Shown here: positions 10,256 to 20,131 of the stretch, piece by piece
Position numbering within the stretch: position 1 is the first letter of the stretch
Layout of the letters: every line of letters begins with the position of its first letter
Assembly: GCA_011364965.1 (NCBI GenBank)
Contig: RDOB01000001.1
Coordinates: forward strand, 1 to 64,000
Length of the DNA stretch: 64,000 bases
From: Candidatus Heimdallarchaeota archaeon
GTDB lineage: Archaea; Asgardarchaeota; Heimdallarchaeia; Hodarchaeales; Hodarchaeaceae
Direction: 5' to 3'
Notes under the pieces: generated by a model
Told to the model about the DNA's origin: nothing
Databases searched by the model: none
What the model saw: the letters and a program-made list of their open reading frames with translations, nothing else
Program-made: the position numbers and the translations under genes

Positions 10256-10969
10256 ATGAGAACGTTGAATCATATTAAGAGTAAAAGTAGAAGGGGACAA
10301 ATGTTTATTCTTGCAACAATGCTGATTGCAATCTACTTAGTTACGATGACTGCAGCTTTAATGAACCTAGGGGTATATCAAATTGATGTAGAACAAGATA
10401 TTATTCTCGAGCCCTATAATGATGTGAAACGAGAAATCCAATACTACTTGGAATTTCTATTGGCTGATTATTCATCCAATGAGTCAATTATTTCGCTCGA
10501 ACCATATATTGCTAGATTACAGTATTTTCTTCGTTCTCTAGAGCTTTCTTATACAGAAAGAGGAGTTCAGATTGATTTAATGCTTAAAACAAATGAATTT
10601 CACCTTCAATCTAATAAGCCTCCTTATAGTAATACAACGGATTCCACGGTATATATTAGTCAAATAGGTGCTATTTTTGAATTAAAGCTAAGTACAATCT
10701 CTAGTTCCTATTCAATCGAAGAAACCTTTTCTATTTCATATATAGGGCGAGCAGAGATAGATGATACCACTGTTATAGTACAAGAATCTAGGGGAAAACA
10801 ATTTCATTTTATAAATGCTTTTTCGATCTTTATTGATAATGGAAGCATTCTTATTCCATCATTATCTACAAATCAAATTGGAGTATACTCTTTCGAGACG
10901 ATAGGAGATATTAACAATCTTGGGATCCTATATATTACTTTAGAAAATGGGATCCGGATCTTTTCGTGA
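10256..10969 (+). CDS. Minor pilin with GQ-type class III signal
   Basis: SRRG|QMFILATMLIAIYLV. Confidence 0.8.
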   Translation: MRTLNHIKSKSRRGQMFILATMLIAIYLVTMTAALMNLGVYQIDVEQDIILEPYNDVKREIQYYLEFLLADYSSNESIISLEPYIARLQYFLRSLELSYTERGVQIDLMLKTNEFHLQSNKPPYSNTTDSTVYISQIGAIFELKLSTISSSYSIEETFSISYIGRAEIDDTTVIVQESRGKQFHFINAFSIFIDNGSILIPSLSTNQIGVYSFETIGDINNLGILYITLENGIRIFS

Positions 10970-10975
10970 AACCAT

Positions 10976-13900
10976 ATGAATAAACTTGAATTTGAAGAGT
11001 ACATTCAACAAATTAAGAAGAACTTGATTGTTCAACTTGAAATTGCTGCAAGTGCACGAAATAAAAGACTGGATCCGACTGATAAAATTGAGAGTATTTT
11101 ATCCTATAACCCAAAATCAAAAATTTCCGCGATATTAGACATTCCTGGTCTTGAAGATTTTCTTCCTGAAAATCTCACGAAGGTAGAAAATTTAGTAATT
11201 TTTTCTGCAAATATTGCAAGCCAAATTGTAAATGAACGATTTATAAAAAAACCAAGAGAGGATCTTATACTACTAGCTTTGCATAGCGCTTTGGTCATTT
11301 TAAGCCAGGGATTGATATCTGTTCCCCAAGAAAGTATCCCAAAAGTTTCGGTTAGCCCAAAATCAAACCATCTTACAATATATTTCTCAAATACGGTTCG
11401 ATATGTTGATGGGGAAGTTATTGGTTTGGTTATATTTATTGCTGATATTATAAGGGATATCTTGCATCTAGATAGATTTATTCCGACTCCAGAGCTAACA
11501 GGAAGATACGTTGAAGAATTGGAAATCTATTATAATTTAAATGATAAAATAAATTCGCTAAGAAGAGATATTGTTGAACTTCTTGTTTATAATATTGGTA
11601 TAGAAATTTCAGGGGAGCCATATGAGAGAATTGAGGTAATAAAATATAGAAATCTACCTAGTGTTACTAATCAGCTAAGAATGGGGATGTGTGTTGCAAT
11701 CGAACGATTTATTGAAAACATCAATGATATTGCTCTAAAAAGATTGAACTCTGGGATAATGAAATGGAACTGGCTTAAATATCCATTTTCAGGCTTAACG
11801 CGGAAAAAATTACAATTTGGACTTCACGATGTAAGAGCTACTCAACCGTTACTTTCTGAATCAAACAAACCTGGTGGATTCAGATTGAGATATGGATTAT
11901 CTAGAAATATTGGACAGGGAGCAGTAGGTATTCATCCTAGCATCATTTATCTTGTAAAATTACTTACTCCAGGAACTAATATCAGAATGGATGTATTAGA
12001 GGGAAACTTGACTGTTTTCCCAGTTATCAATATTTTGGGACCATTAGTGGAGCTAAAAGATGGTTCAGCGAGAAGAATGAAATCATTAGAGGAAACTAGG
12101 GCATTAGAAGACGAGATAGTTCAAATCTGGGAAATGGGGGATATATTATTATCACCAAACGATATACCTACAGCTGAAAGTATCGAGGAAACAGGATGGT
12201 CTGAAGAATGGTGGAGCGCAGAGATTTGGAAATATGTACATTCATATGCTAAATCTCTGGAGGTTTTAGCTGCAAGAACGGGGATAGACATTGAAAACCT
12301 CCGGGATTTTCTAGAGAAACCCACAGTAAATTCTCCGAATGCAAGTCAGGCAATAGGATTAGCAAAGGTAACTAAAATTCCATTGCACCCTTCCTTCTCT
12401 TTAAATTGGAATGAAATTACCATAAGCGAATTATTATGGTTGTTGAATAACCTTTCCTTTACTTCAGATGGATTTATACCTTTTTCAGAAGAGATGAGAC
12501 TTCTTTTCCTTCGTCTTGGTATGGAATTCAAATTAAAGGATAATCTATTTCATTCAGAACATACACTTATTTTTGAAGCTCTGAAAAAGAAAGAAAAACT
12601 TCTAAATTCGATTCTGATGGACAATCCTCACGCTTATACTGAAGAAATAGTATCTATGTTAATTGAGATACCATTAAAGTCATTATGTCAGCGAAGGATA
12701 GGTGTAAAAATAATAAAAGCTGAAAAAGCTGAACCTAGACAAATCAATCCTCCCGCTCATATTTTATTTCCTATAGGAAATTTCGGAGGTCCACAAAGGA
12801 ATTTGTTGAAAATATCTAAAGAAAAGCAATTTAAAGTTCAGTTATCAGAAAGATTCTGTCCAACTTGCGAAATATCCACGTTTACTGCTTTTTGTCCTAA
12901 ATGTAAACAGGAAACCGAACAACATTATATCTGTAGAGAAGGACATGTTTCAAAATCAAAAATTTGCGAACAATGTGATAATTATGGATTTCCAGCTCGT
13001 TACAAGCAAATTGATCTAGGTAAAATGATCGAGGTACAACTTAACAAAATTCAGGAATTCAAGATTAAGAAAATCAAAGGTATTTCCTACCTCAACAATC
13101 GATATAGAATACCTGAACACATAATGAAAGGAATTTTGAGATCGTATCGAAATTTATATGTTTATAAAGATGGTACTATTCGTTTTGATCAAACAAACGC
13201 CATATTGAGGTTCTTTAAACCAAAAGAGGTTAATTCGTCTATCGATAACCTGAAAAGACTTGGATATACTCATGATGTAAATGGAAATGATATAAATGAT
13301 GAAAACCAATTGTTAGAATTGTTTCCATACGATATTATTGTAAGTGAGAACGCTGCAGATTACTTAGTTGATATTGCAAAATTTTTAGATGATGAATTAA
13401 TTTATCTTTATGATATGTTACCTTATTTCAGAATAAATACGAAAAAAGATATCAACGGAATTTTAGTAGTTGGGATGTCTCCTTTTTCAATGGTTGGGGT
13501 AATTGGAAGGATAATTGGTTATTCAAGAAACAATGTACTTTATGCTCACCCCTTGTGGCACAAGCTGAAAACGAGAAATTGTTCGGGGAACATTGATTCT
13601 ATTGCTCATTTATTAGACATCTTTTTAAATTTCTCCAAAGAACTTGTTCCAAATGTCCGTGGAGGGTCCCTTGATGTTCCTAATATTATAAATCTGCCCG
13701 ATAGCTGGGAGGATACTCATATATACTCAAATTACCTATACATTCCATTGAATTTACAGTTTTATCAATCTCTAAAAGGGAACCCTTCTATCTCAGAGAT
13801 CCTGTCGTATAATGAATCTTTTTTAACACCTAAGAATTCCTTGCTATATACGATTGACGATATTTCCCTCTATGACATGAAAAATGACTTTCAAGAATCC

Positions 13901-14296
13901 AAAATCTTTAATAAAATTGAATCTGAACTTAAGATCCTCCGAGTAATACGAGGTGTAAATGAAGGAGAATTTGTGGATAAAATTCTTGAATATGACCTAT
14001 TAGAGAAAATTTCAGGGTCATTTGACAGATTTTTCCTGCAGCCAGTGCGATGCAAAGCTTGTAACAAAACCTTTAGACGTGTTCCAATCTCTGATTCATG
14101 CCCGAATTGTCAGCGAAAAACGCTAACCTTGACTCTATCAGAGGGATGGGTACTTAGGTACTTGCAAATTGTGAAAGAATTGAAAGAGAAATACTCAGAT
14201 GATATATCGGATTATTCTAAATCGTGGATTGATTTAATAGATTTGAATAAACGATTATACTTTGATAGAGGCCCTCGTCATACTACTCTTATCTGA
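10976..14296 (+). CDS. polC: DNA polymerase D large subunit (DP2) homologue, predicted catalytically inactive
   Basis: DP2 motifs GGFRLRYG, PPAHILFPIG..GG, KGILR...VYKDGTIRFD, GRIIG, LNFS, RGG..D.P and Zn ribbons are present. The catalytic RNCDGDED reads RNCSGNID and there is no C-terminal PIP box. Confidence 0.9.
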   Translation: MNKLEFEEYIQQIKKNLIVQLEIAASARNKRLDPTDKIESILSYNPKSKISAILDIPGLEDFLPENLTKVENLVIFSANIASQIVNERFIKKPREDLILLALHSALVILSQGLISVPQESIPKVSVSPKSNHLTIYFSNTVRYVDGEVIGLVIFIADIIRDILHLDRFIPTPELTGRYVEELEIYYNLNDKINSLRRDIVELLVYNIGIEISGEPYERIEVIKYRNLPSVTNQLRMGMCVAIERFIENINDIALKRLNSGIMKWNWLKYPFSGLTRKKLQFGLHDVRATQPLLSESNKPGGFRLRYGLSRNIGQGAVGIHPSIIYLVKLLTPGTNIRMDVLEGNLTVFPVINILGPLVELKDGSARRMKSLEETRALEDEIVQIWEMGDILLSPNDIPTAESIEETGWSEEWWSAEIWKYVHSYAKSLEVLAARTGIDIENLRDFLEKPTVNSPNASQAIGLAKVTKIPLHPSFSLNWNEITISELLWLLNNLSFTSDGFIPFSEEMRLLFLRLGMEFKLKDNLFHSEHTLIFEALKKKEKLLNSILMDNPHAYTEEIVSMLIEIPLKSLCQRRIGVKIIKAEKAEPRQINPPAHILFPIGNFGGPQRNLLKISKEKQFKVQLSERFCPTCEISTFTAFCPKCKQETEQHYICREGHVSKSKICEQCDNYGFPARYKQIDLGKMIEVQLNKIQEFKIKKIKGISYLNNRYRIPEHIMKGILRSYRNLYVYKDGTIRFDQTNAILRFFKPKEVNSSIDNLKRLGYTHDVNGNDINDENQLLELFPYDIIVSENAADYLVDIAKFLDDELIYLYDMLPYFRINTKKDINGILVVGMSPFSMVGVIGRIIGYSRNNVLYAHPLWHKLKTRNCSGNIDSIAHLLDIFLNFSKELVPNVRGGSLDVPNIINLPDSWEDTHIYSNYLYIPLNLQFYQSLKGNPSISEILSYNESFLTPKNSLLYTIDDISLYDMKNDFQESKIFNKIESELKILRVIRGVNEGEFVDKILEYDLLEKISGSFDRFFLQPVRCKACNKTFRRVPISDSCPNCQRKTLTLTLSEGWVLRYLQIVKELKEKYSDDISDYSKSWIDLIDLNKRLYFDRGPRHTTLI

Positions 14297-14447
14297 AATA
14301 TAGATACCTAACATGTTTAATGTGATTAATTCCGTGTTTACAATGCAAAGCTTTTTTTAACTTCAGATTTACAATAATCTTGATAATCAACTTTTATTGA
14401 TATTCCTAATTAAATCCTCAAAAGTCAATTGCTGTGAAGGCGTCAAA

Positions 14448-15053
14448 ATGATTGATAATGAAAGAGAAGTCTTAATTGGTACATTATTAGAAGCTCAGAA
14501 AAAGAAAATCGTAATGATTTCAAGTGACAAACCTGTTACTAAGGCAGCAAAACTGATGGCTGAAAGTAAAGTCGGATCAGTTGTCATCAAGAATGACATA
14601 ATTGAGGGAATAATTACCAAAGGTGATATCATTAATCGTGTATTGGGAAAAGCTTTAGATCCTGGAATCATTTTAGTTGCTGACGTAATGAGTAAGCCAA
14701 TAATTTACATTTCATCTGACGAAACTCTTGAAAATACAATGCTTCAGATGGCCAAGGAAAATATCGAGAGAATTTTGGTCGTGGAAGACAACGACTTAAG
14801 TAAACCTTTAGGAATAATTTCAACTAATGATATTATAAAATTTGCACCAGGATTACTTCGCATAAGAAGAGAAAAACTCTTGATTGGAGCGGAACTTGAA
14901 TCTGATGGCAGAAATTTGGAATTTCAAGGATTTTGTGATGACTGTGGAAATTTCTCACTTAACTTAAGGACAACAAATGGATATACTCTTTGTCCAGATT
15001 GCTTTGGGTCTCAAAGGGAAGAGGATATAGGATCTGATGATGAAATCATGTAA
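14448..15053 (+). CDS. CBS-pair protein with C-terminal Zn ribbon
   Basis: Two CBS repeats (GIIT.GDI, GIIST.DI) plus CDDC...CPDC. ATG 14448 preferred to TTG 14397. Confidence 0.85.
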   Translation: MIDNEREVLIGTLLEAQKKKIVMISSDKPVTKAAKLMAESKVGSVVIKNDIIEGIITKGDIINRVLGKALDPGIILVADVMSKPIIYISSDETLENTMLQMAKENIERILVVEDNDLSKPLGIISTNDIIKFAPGLLRIRREKLLIGAELESDGRNLEFQGFCDDCGNFSLNLRTTNGYTLCPDCFGSQREEDIGSDDEIM

Positions 15054-15055
15054 AA

Positions 15056-17065
15056 TTAATCCACCTCTGAAATCATAGAATCATGAGGAATGAATTTCAC
15101 AAATTCATTCAAATCAATTCCCTTAACTTTCGCTTTATCTTCATTAGTATTAATTTTTTCATAAAAAATATTTTGAATCTGTTTGGCTAATTTACCTTTA
15201 GGGGTAGATCCTGGCTTTATTGTCACAACAACTGGACTAATTTGCTCTATATGCTCTTTAGATCCGCAAATGACCATAGCATTGGATTCACGAAAATCTA
15301 CCCCGATTGATAATATCATTTCAACTCCTTTCACAAAATTTCGGGATCCTCTGACCATAATTCCTCCTCTGGGTATATATTCGCCACTTGGAGCCGTGAA
15401 ACTTACATTTTCTCCAGAAACGTAATAAACATCAATAGCACTATATCCTGCTTTCCATCCACTTGAGTAAACAGCTGCTAGTTTTGCAGCAGTATTGATA
15501 TCAGCCTCTTTAACAGCTTTTTCACTACTATTCATGATTAAGATAGTATAAGGTGCGCCGCGAAGATCAGCATGAAAAAATATATCCTCTGAAGTCATTC
15601 TCCTTTTAACTATGTATTCATTGCTTGAAATATCCCTTCCTCCTATTATTAAAAAACCATTAGGGGAAATACTCCAATGATATTTCTCATACCAGTTTCG
15701 TTTTCGTCTCTGAAGTATTATTGAGTCAGAAATTTTCTTCTCCTCAATATTTTCATTTAATTGTTCCAGTTTCAATTTAGTTTTTGCTAAAGCTTTTTGA
15801 GCTGGGATAATCTTCTTCGACGCTTTCTTTGAAAGTTGATAATATTCATTCGCAATTTCCGATGGCGATTTACGGAAATCTACTTCAATTTCCTCTGAAT
15901 CAAGCTTGATATTAATAATAGCTCTGTCAGGATTTAAAGATTTAAAGATTTGCAATCCCTTAATACCCTTCTCCTTTGCATTTTTTAGTTTGAAGATAAT
16001 TTCTTCCCAGCTAATATTTTTCCTTCTTGCATCAACAATAATTTTTAACAAATTCTCAATTTCACTAAAATTTTGATACACAAGATCTCCTAGTTCCTTG
16101 TATTTATCTTTTTTAAGATAGAACTCTTCAATTGCTTTCTCTTGAGAAGTCAAGACTTTTATAATCTTTTTCTTCTGTTTGGAATATGTTGTTTGATCTT
16201 CTGATTTTCTAGGAATATTGCTAATATAAAAATGATCTAAGGCCTTAGATAAATTTTCAAAGAATTTTCTTTTACAATCTGCAGATATAAGATTAATTGG
16301 CTGATAGGAAAATGGAGATTCATCAACAGTTAAACAAACTGAAGGAATTGGGTTATTTAATTCGCCTTTTATACTTGTTATTGCTAATAGGAAATTTTCT
16401 ATATCTTTGGGTGAAATATCGGTGATTTTCTTATTTTTAGGGATATCAGCGCGCTTTAAGATCTCCTCAATTAAGATTCCACCACCTCCAAGCTCGGAAG
16501 CGAAGAACCTTACTACTTCAATATCTTTTTGAACTGTTGTCTCCAAAAGCTGAATAATATCATTTTTTTCCATAGCTAATACAGATTTTCCTCTACTTGG
16601 AGGCAAAAAAAATTCTTTTCCTGGAAGTAAATCTCTGTGACGCATTTTTTTGTACCAAAGGGCAGAAATTACACGATTTTGTTCCCCTACTAGAACAAAA
16701 TTGGGATGAGTACCAAATAGTTCTACATATAGGTTGTAATTTTGCTTACCACTGAATTCCATCTGAATAATTCGATCGAATTCGACTTGCTTCAAGGTAA
16801 CCAGTTCAGCGCCTTTCAAGTGCTTTCTAATGGCCATTATTTTATCTGAGGGACGTTCTGGAATTGAATGTTTATATTCAGTTAAATAAAATCGAACTCC
16901 TGGTTCGATCAATAACATTGGACTTCTGAAAACCCCTTTACCCTTGAATTTAAAGAGATAATATCTATCATCTGAATCTCGGTAAATATTGTCGACACGA
17001 TACCCAATTAATGGTTGTAATTCCCTACTTATGACATAAATATCCATACTCGACATTTTCTTCAT
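15056..17065 (-). CDS. rqcH: Ribosome quality control factor RqcH/Rqc2/NEMF (NFACT family)
   Basis: MSSMDI, FDRII, YVELFG, coiled-coil middle, and NFACT-R motifs WYEKY.W, IGGRD...NE, FHAD..GAP, APSGEY. Confidence 0.92.
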   Translation of the reverse strand: MKKMSSMDIYVISRELQPLIGYRVDNIYRDSDDRYYLFKFKGKGVFRSPMLLIEPGVRFYLTEYKHSIPERPSDKIMAIRKHLKGAELVTLKQVEFDRIIQMEFSGKQNYNLYVELFGTHPNFVLVGEQNRVISALWYKKMRHRDLLPGKEFFLPPSRGKSVLAMEKNDIIQLLETTVQKDIEVVRFFASELGGGGILIEEILKRADIPKNKKITDISPKDIENFLLAITSIKGELNNPIPSVCLTVDESPFSYQPINLISADCKRKFFENLSKALDHFYISNIPRKSEDQTTYSKQKKKIIKVLTSQEKAIEEFYLKKDKYKELGDLVYQNFSEIENLLKIIVDARRKNISWEEIIFKLKNAKEKGIKGLQIFKSLNPDRAIINIKLDSEEIEVDFRKSPSEIANEYYQLSKKASKKIIPAQKALAKTKLKLEQLNENIEEKKISDSIILQRRKRNWYEKYHWSISPNGFLIIGGRDISSNEYIVKRRMTSEDIFFHADLRGAPYTILIMNSSEKAVKEADINTAAKLAAVYSSGWKAGYSAIDVYYVSGENVSFTAPSGEYIPRGGIMVRGSRNFVKGVEMILSIGVDFRESNAMVICGSKEHIEQISPVVVTIKPGSTPKGKLAKQIQNIFYEKINTNEDKAKVKGIDLNEFVKFIPHDSMISEVD

Positions 17066-17357
17066 TTGTACCTACTCCTTCGCTATATCTAATAGCGAGT
17101 TTGGTTTAATAAGAAGAAGAACTTGGTTTTTCCCCTTGATTCCTTTCTTTCCATTAGAATGCACAGTAATTATTATTAAACTAGGATTACGTTTGATTGA
17201 GCTGAAAAAGACCATTATTTGCTTTTATCAACGAGTTTAAGGAATCATTTATTAATTCTGATTCTTTATCTTATTCCTAAGTAATTCAATCTGAATATTC
17301 ATTTCAAATGTTTTAGTACTCTCAATATAATTTTTTTTGTTTTCGAGATGATTAATA

Positions 17358-17942
17358 ATGTCAAAAGAACCCGTAAAAACAACAAATCCGTTATTAAACA
17401 TGATTTTAGTATTTAGTGCAGGTTTATCAGCTCTGGAGCTTGCTCAACTGGTTTTTGACCCAGCAAATGTAGCATCGCTAACATCATTAGAATTTAATGA
17501 AGTTCTAGCCCAAATGTTTAGAGGAATGTATTTATCAGCATCCACGATTACTTCATTTTGGGCTGTTTTAATAGCATGGATAATTGCAGGGATGATCGCA
17601 GGTGTTAGAGCAAAACATGGCTTTTGGGGAGGAATTGCAGGATTTTTTGGAACAATAATAGGAATTGGATTTCTAGTTGTATTGAATATAGATATTTTGA
17701 CCTCTAGTGATGTTATAGAATTTTTTGGGGGAGCAGCAGCCTGCATATTAGTCGCAACTATTTCCGCATATGCAACAGGAAATGCAACGAAACCTAAACA
17801 AACTCTAACCAAAACTGTAAAAACTCGTAAAGCATGGGATGCATCTAAAACAAAAGATGTTTGGACTTGTTCTAAATGTGGAAATACAATACCACCTGGA
17901 GCATTTCAATGTCCTATTTGCTCAGAACCTGTGATTGAATAA
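17358..17942 (+). CDS. Membrane protein with C-terminal Zn ribbon
   Basis: About 4 TM helices plus WTCSKCG...CPIC. Confidence 0.75.
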   Translation: MSKEPVKTTNPLLNMILVFSAGLSALELAQLVFDPANVASLTSLEFNEVLAQMFRGMYLSASTITSFWAVLIAWIIAGMIAGVRAKHGFWGGIAGFFGTIIGIGFLVVLNIDILTSSDVIEFFGGAAACILVATISAYATGNATKPKQTLTKTVKTRKAWDASKTKDVWTCSKCGNTIPPGAFQCPICSEPVIE

Positions 17943-17988
17943 TTTGGAAAAAAAATTGAAGGAGTATTTTGGATTTCCCCAAAATACT

Positions 17989-18513
17989 TCAAAGTATTCT
18001 CTTTTGTCGTAAATTTTCGAGATGGTCTGATTGGTTATCAATTTCTACAAATAATTCTTTTAATACCTCATTAAGTTGAAAAAATGTCTTCTCTTCAAGA
18101 ATGGACTCTAGATCTGCTCCTGATTCTCCAAGTTCTATCGAATGAAGGGTTTTATAGGCATTCCGAATAGATGATTCCATCTCTTTAAGATTATCAATAA
18201 GGTCTCTTGATAATTTAGCCCCAATTTCGGGTAACTTTGTATCTAAGATTTCGATTCCCCCTAATTCAGTTAAAAGATCCATTAAACTCCAATAATGCTC
18301 TTGAAGCTCCTCTAATATTACCCCTATTCTTTTGAATAGGCGTTTTTTTTCGGCTACACCTTCAGATTTTGCATTATCCTTCAGGTGGGCTACATGTGCA
18401 GTTAATTCTTCATAGAAATCTGACGCGAGAGCACGATGGCTTTCTATGTCATGCACAAGTCGATTGATTTCAGAAAAAATCGAAGTTGAAGTGCGGAATT
18501 CTATGTTTGTCAA
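17989..18513 (-). CDS. Hypothetical helical protein
   Basis: 174 aa charged helical ORF with GGAG upstream of a TTG start. Confidence 0.6.
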   Translation of the reverse strand: MTNIEFRTSTSIFSEINRLVHDIESHRALASDFYEELTAHVAHLKDNAKSEGVAEKKRLFKRIGVILEELQEHYWSLMDLLTELGGIEILDTKLPEIGAKLSRDLIDNLKEMESSIRNAYKTLHSIELGESGADLESILEEKTFFQLNEVLKELFVEIDNQSDHLENLRQKRIL

Positions 18514-18847
18514 AACGTTAGACTCTCCTTTCAGAAAAAGTCGTCTAAATCGTGTGTTTATATGAAAACACCGCGCTGATACAGGAATAATATGTCCTCT
18601 CGGGAATAAAAAGCTTCCTAATCGTGAAGGGAAAATAATCTCTATTTCTCTTTAAAGACATAAATTCCTCTTTCATCCTTGGAACTCTCCCCGCAGTATC
18701 TGCATTCCTAATTTCTTAATTTATGTGCTTTTTTCGATGAATTCAGTATAAGATAGCTAGTTTAAGAACTAAGAGAGGAGAGGTATGAATAAAAAAGTTT
18801 GATACAAAATCGGTCCAGAATAAATTAATTACTAGATTTTAACACAG

Positions 18848-20131
18848 GTGAGCTTATTAATGGATGCATTGATCTTAGCAGCTGGTAAAGGAACTCGTTT
18901 GAATCCATTCACATCCAATTTGCCAAAACCGCTTGTACCAATTGGGGGAAAGCCCTTACTTTGCAGGATATTAGATTCTTTGGTAGGAAAAGTCCAAAGG
19001 GTGGTAATTGTTGTAGGTTTTAAATCAGATTTGGTTAAAGAGGTTATTAACACATATAACTATCCTTACGAAATAATATGGATTCAACAAGATCAACAAT
19101 TAGGAACAGGAGACGCAGTACGTATTTCTGCTAAATATATAAGATCAAGATTCTTTTTTATGATGTATGGAGATATTTTTACTAGCTTATCTACGATTGA
19201 AGAAGTCTTTAAAGATTATACATCAGGTAAAGATACTTCAGGTATTTTTGCGACTATAGAAGTGGCCAATCCGGAAAAATATGGATGGATAGAAACAGAA
19301 AACAACCTTCTTATTTCAATTAGAGAAAAAGATCCAAATCCAAAAGGTTCCTGTATAAATACAGGTATAATGATTTTACCTTCAGTCATTTTCAATATAC
19401 TTGAAAGAGCTCAAAGATCCACGAGAGGGGAATTCGAGCTCACTGATGGAATAAATCAGCTCATTAAAACTGGTTGTGAATTAAAAATTCATCATATTAA
19501 ATCCTACTGGATAGACACAGGATATCCATGGGATATCCTTCAAGCTAATGAAATTGCAATGAATGAAATAATTGACACGCCTGAACACCTGAAGAACTCG
19601 AGTGTAACAATAGAAGGGGCAGTTAAAATTGATCCAAGTGCAATATTGAGACCAGGAACATATATCCAAGGACCAGTAGTAATAGGAGAAAACGCTATTT
19701 TAGGACCAAATTGCTTCATTAGACCAGGTACATATCTAGCGCGAAACGTCAAAATAGGAAATGGGGTTGAAGTAAAAAATAGTATTATTCTAGATGGTAC
19801 GACAATTGGACATTTATCTTACATTGGTGATTCGTTGATTGGGAAAAATTGTAATTTTGGAGCAGGAACTAAAATTGCAAACTTGAAACTTGAAAGAAAT
19901 GACATTGAAATGACTATAAAAGGTGATCGTATTTCTAGTGGAAGAAGAAAACTAGGAATAGTTATGGGAGATAATGTTTCTACAGGAATAAATGTATCTC
20001 TTATGCCAGGAATAACAATAGGAGAAAATTCAAAGATAGGAGCGCACACACTCATCACAAAGAATTTGAAATCCAATACACTTATCTATCAAGATCCAGA
20101 CAATGGAATAATTGAAAAATCACTTGAATAA
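18848..20131 (+). CDS. glmU: Bifunctional sugar-1-phosphate nucleotidyltransferase/acetyltransferase (archaeal GlmU-like)
   Basis: LAAGKGTRL.P.T...PKPL, LGTGDA, RGEFELTD, hexapeptide repeats, HLSYIGDS, NFGAGT. Confidence 0.9.
   Translation: MSLLMDALILAAGKGTRLNPFTSNLPKPLVPIGGKPLLCRILDSLVGKVQRVVIVVGFKSDLVKEVINTYNYPYEIIWIQQDQQLGTGDAVRISAKYIRSRFFFMMYGDIFTSLSTIEEVFKDYTSGKDTSGIFATIEVANPEKYGWIETENNLLISIREKDPNPKGSCINTGIMILPSVIFNILERAQRSTRGEFELTDGINQLIKTGCELKIHHIKSYWIDTGYPWDILQANEIAMNEIIDTPEHLKNSSVTIEGAVKIDPSAILRPGTYIQGPVVIGENAILGPNCFIRPGTYLARNVKIGNGVEVKNSIILDGTTIGHLSYIGDSLIGKNCNFGAGTKIANLKLERNDIEMTIKGDRISSGRRKLGIVMGDNVSTGINVSLMPGITIGENSKIGAHTLITKNLKSNTLIYQDPDNGIIEKSLE

Noticed and set aside
3193-10969. 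Archaellum operon
   Set aside because: No archaellin, FlaH, FlaF/G or chemotaxis genes; two TadC-like genes and GQ-type pilins fit a pilus.
13560-13620. Intein or frameshift explaining the altered DP2 active site
   Set aside because: The flanking motifs (AHP..H...RNC and LL..FLNFS) are contiguous and in frame, with no insertion; the changes are point substitutions.
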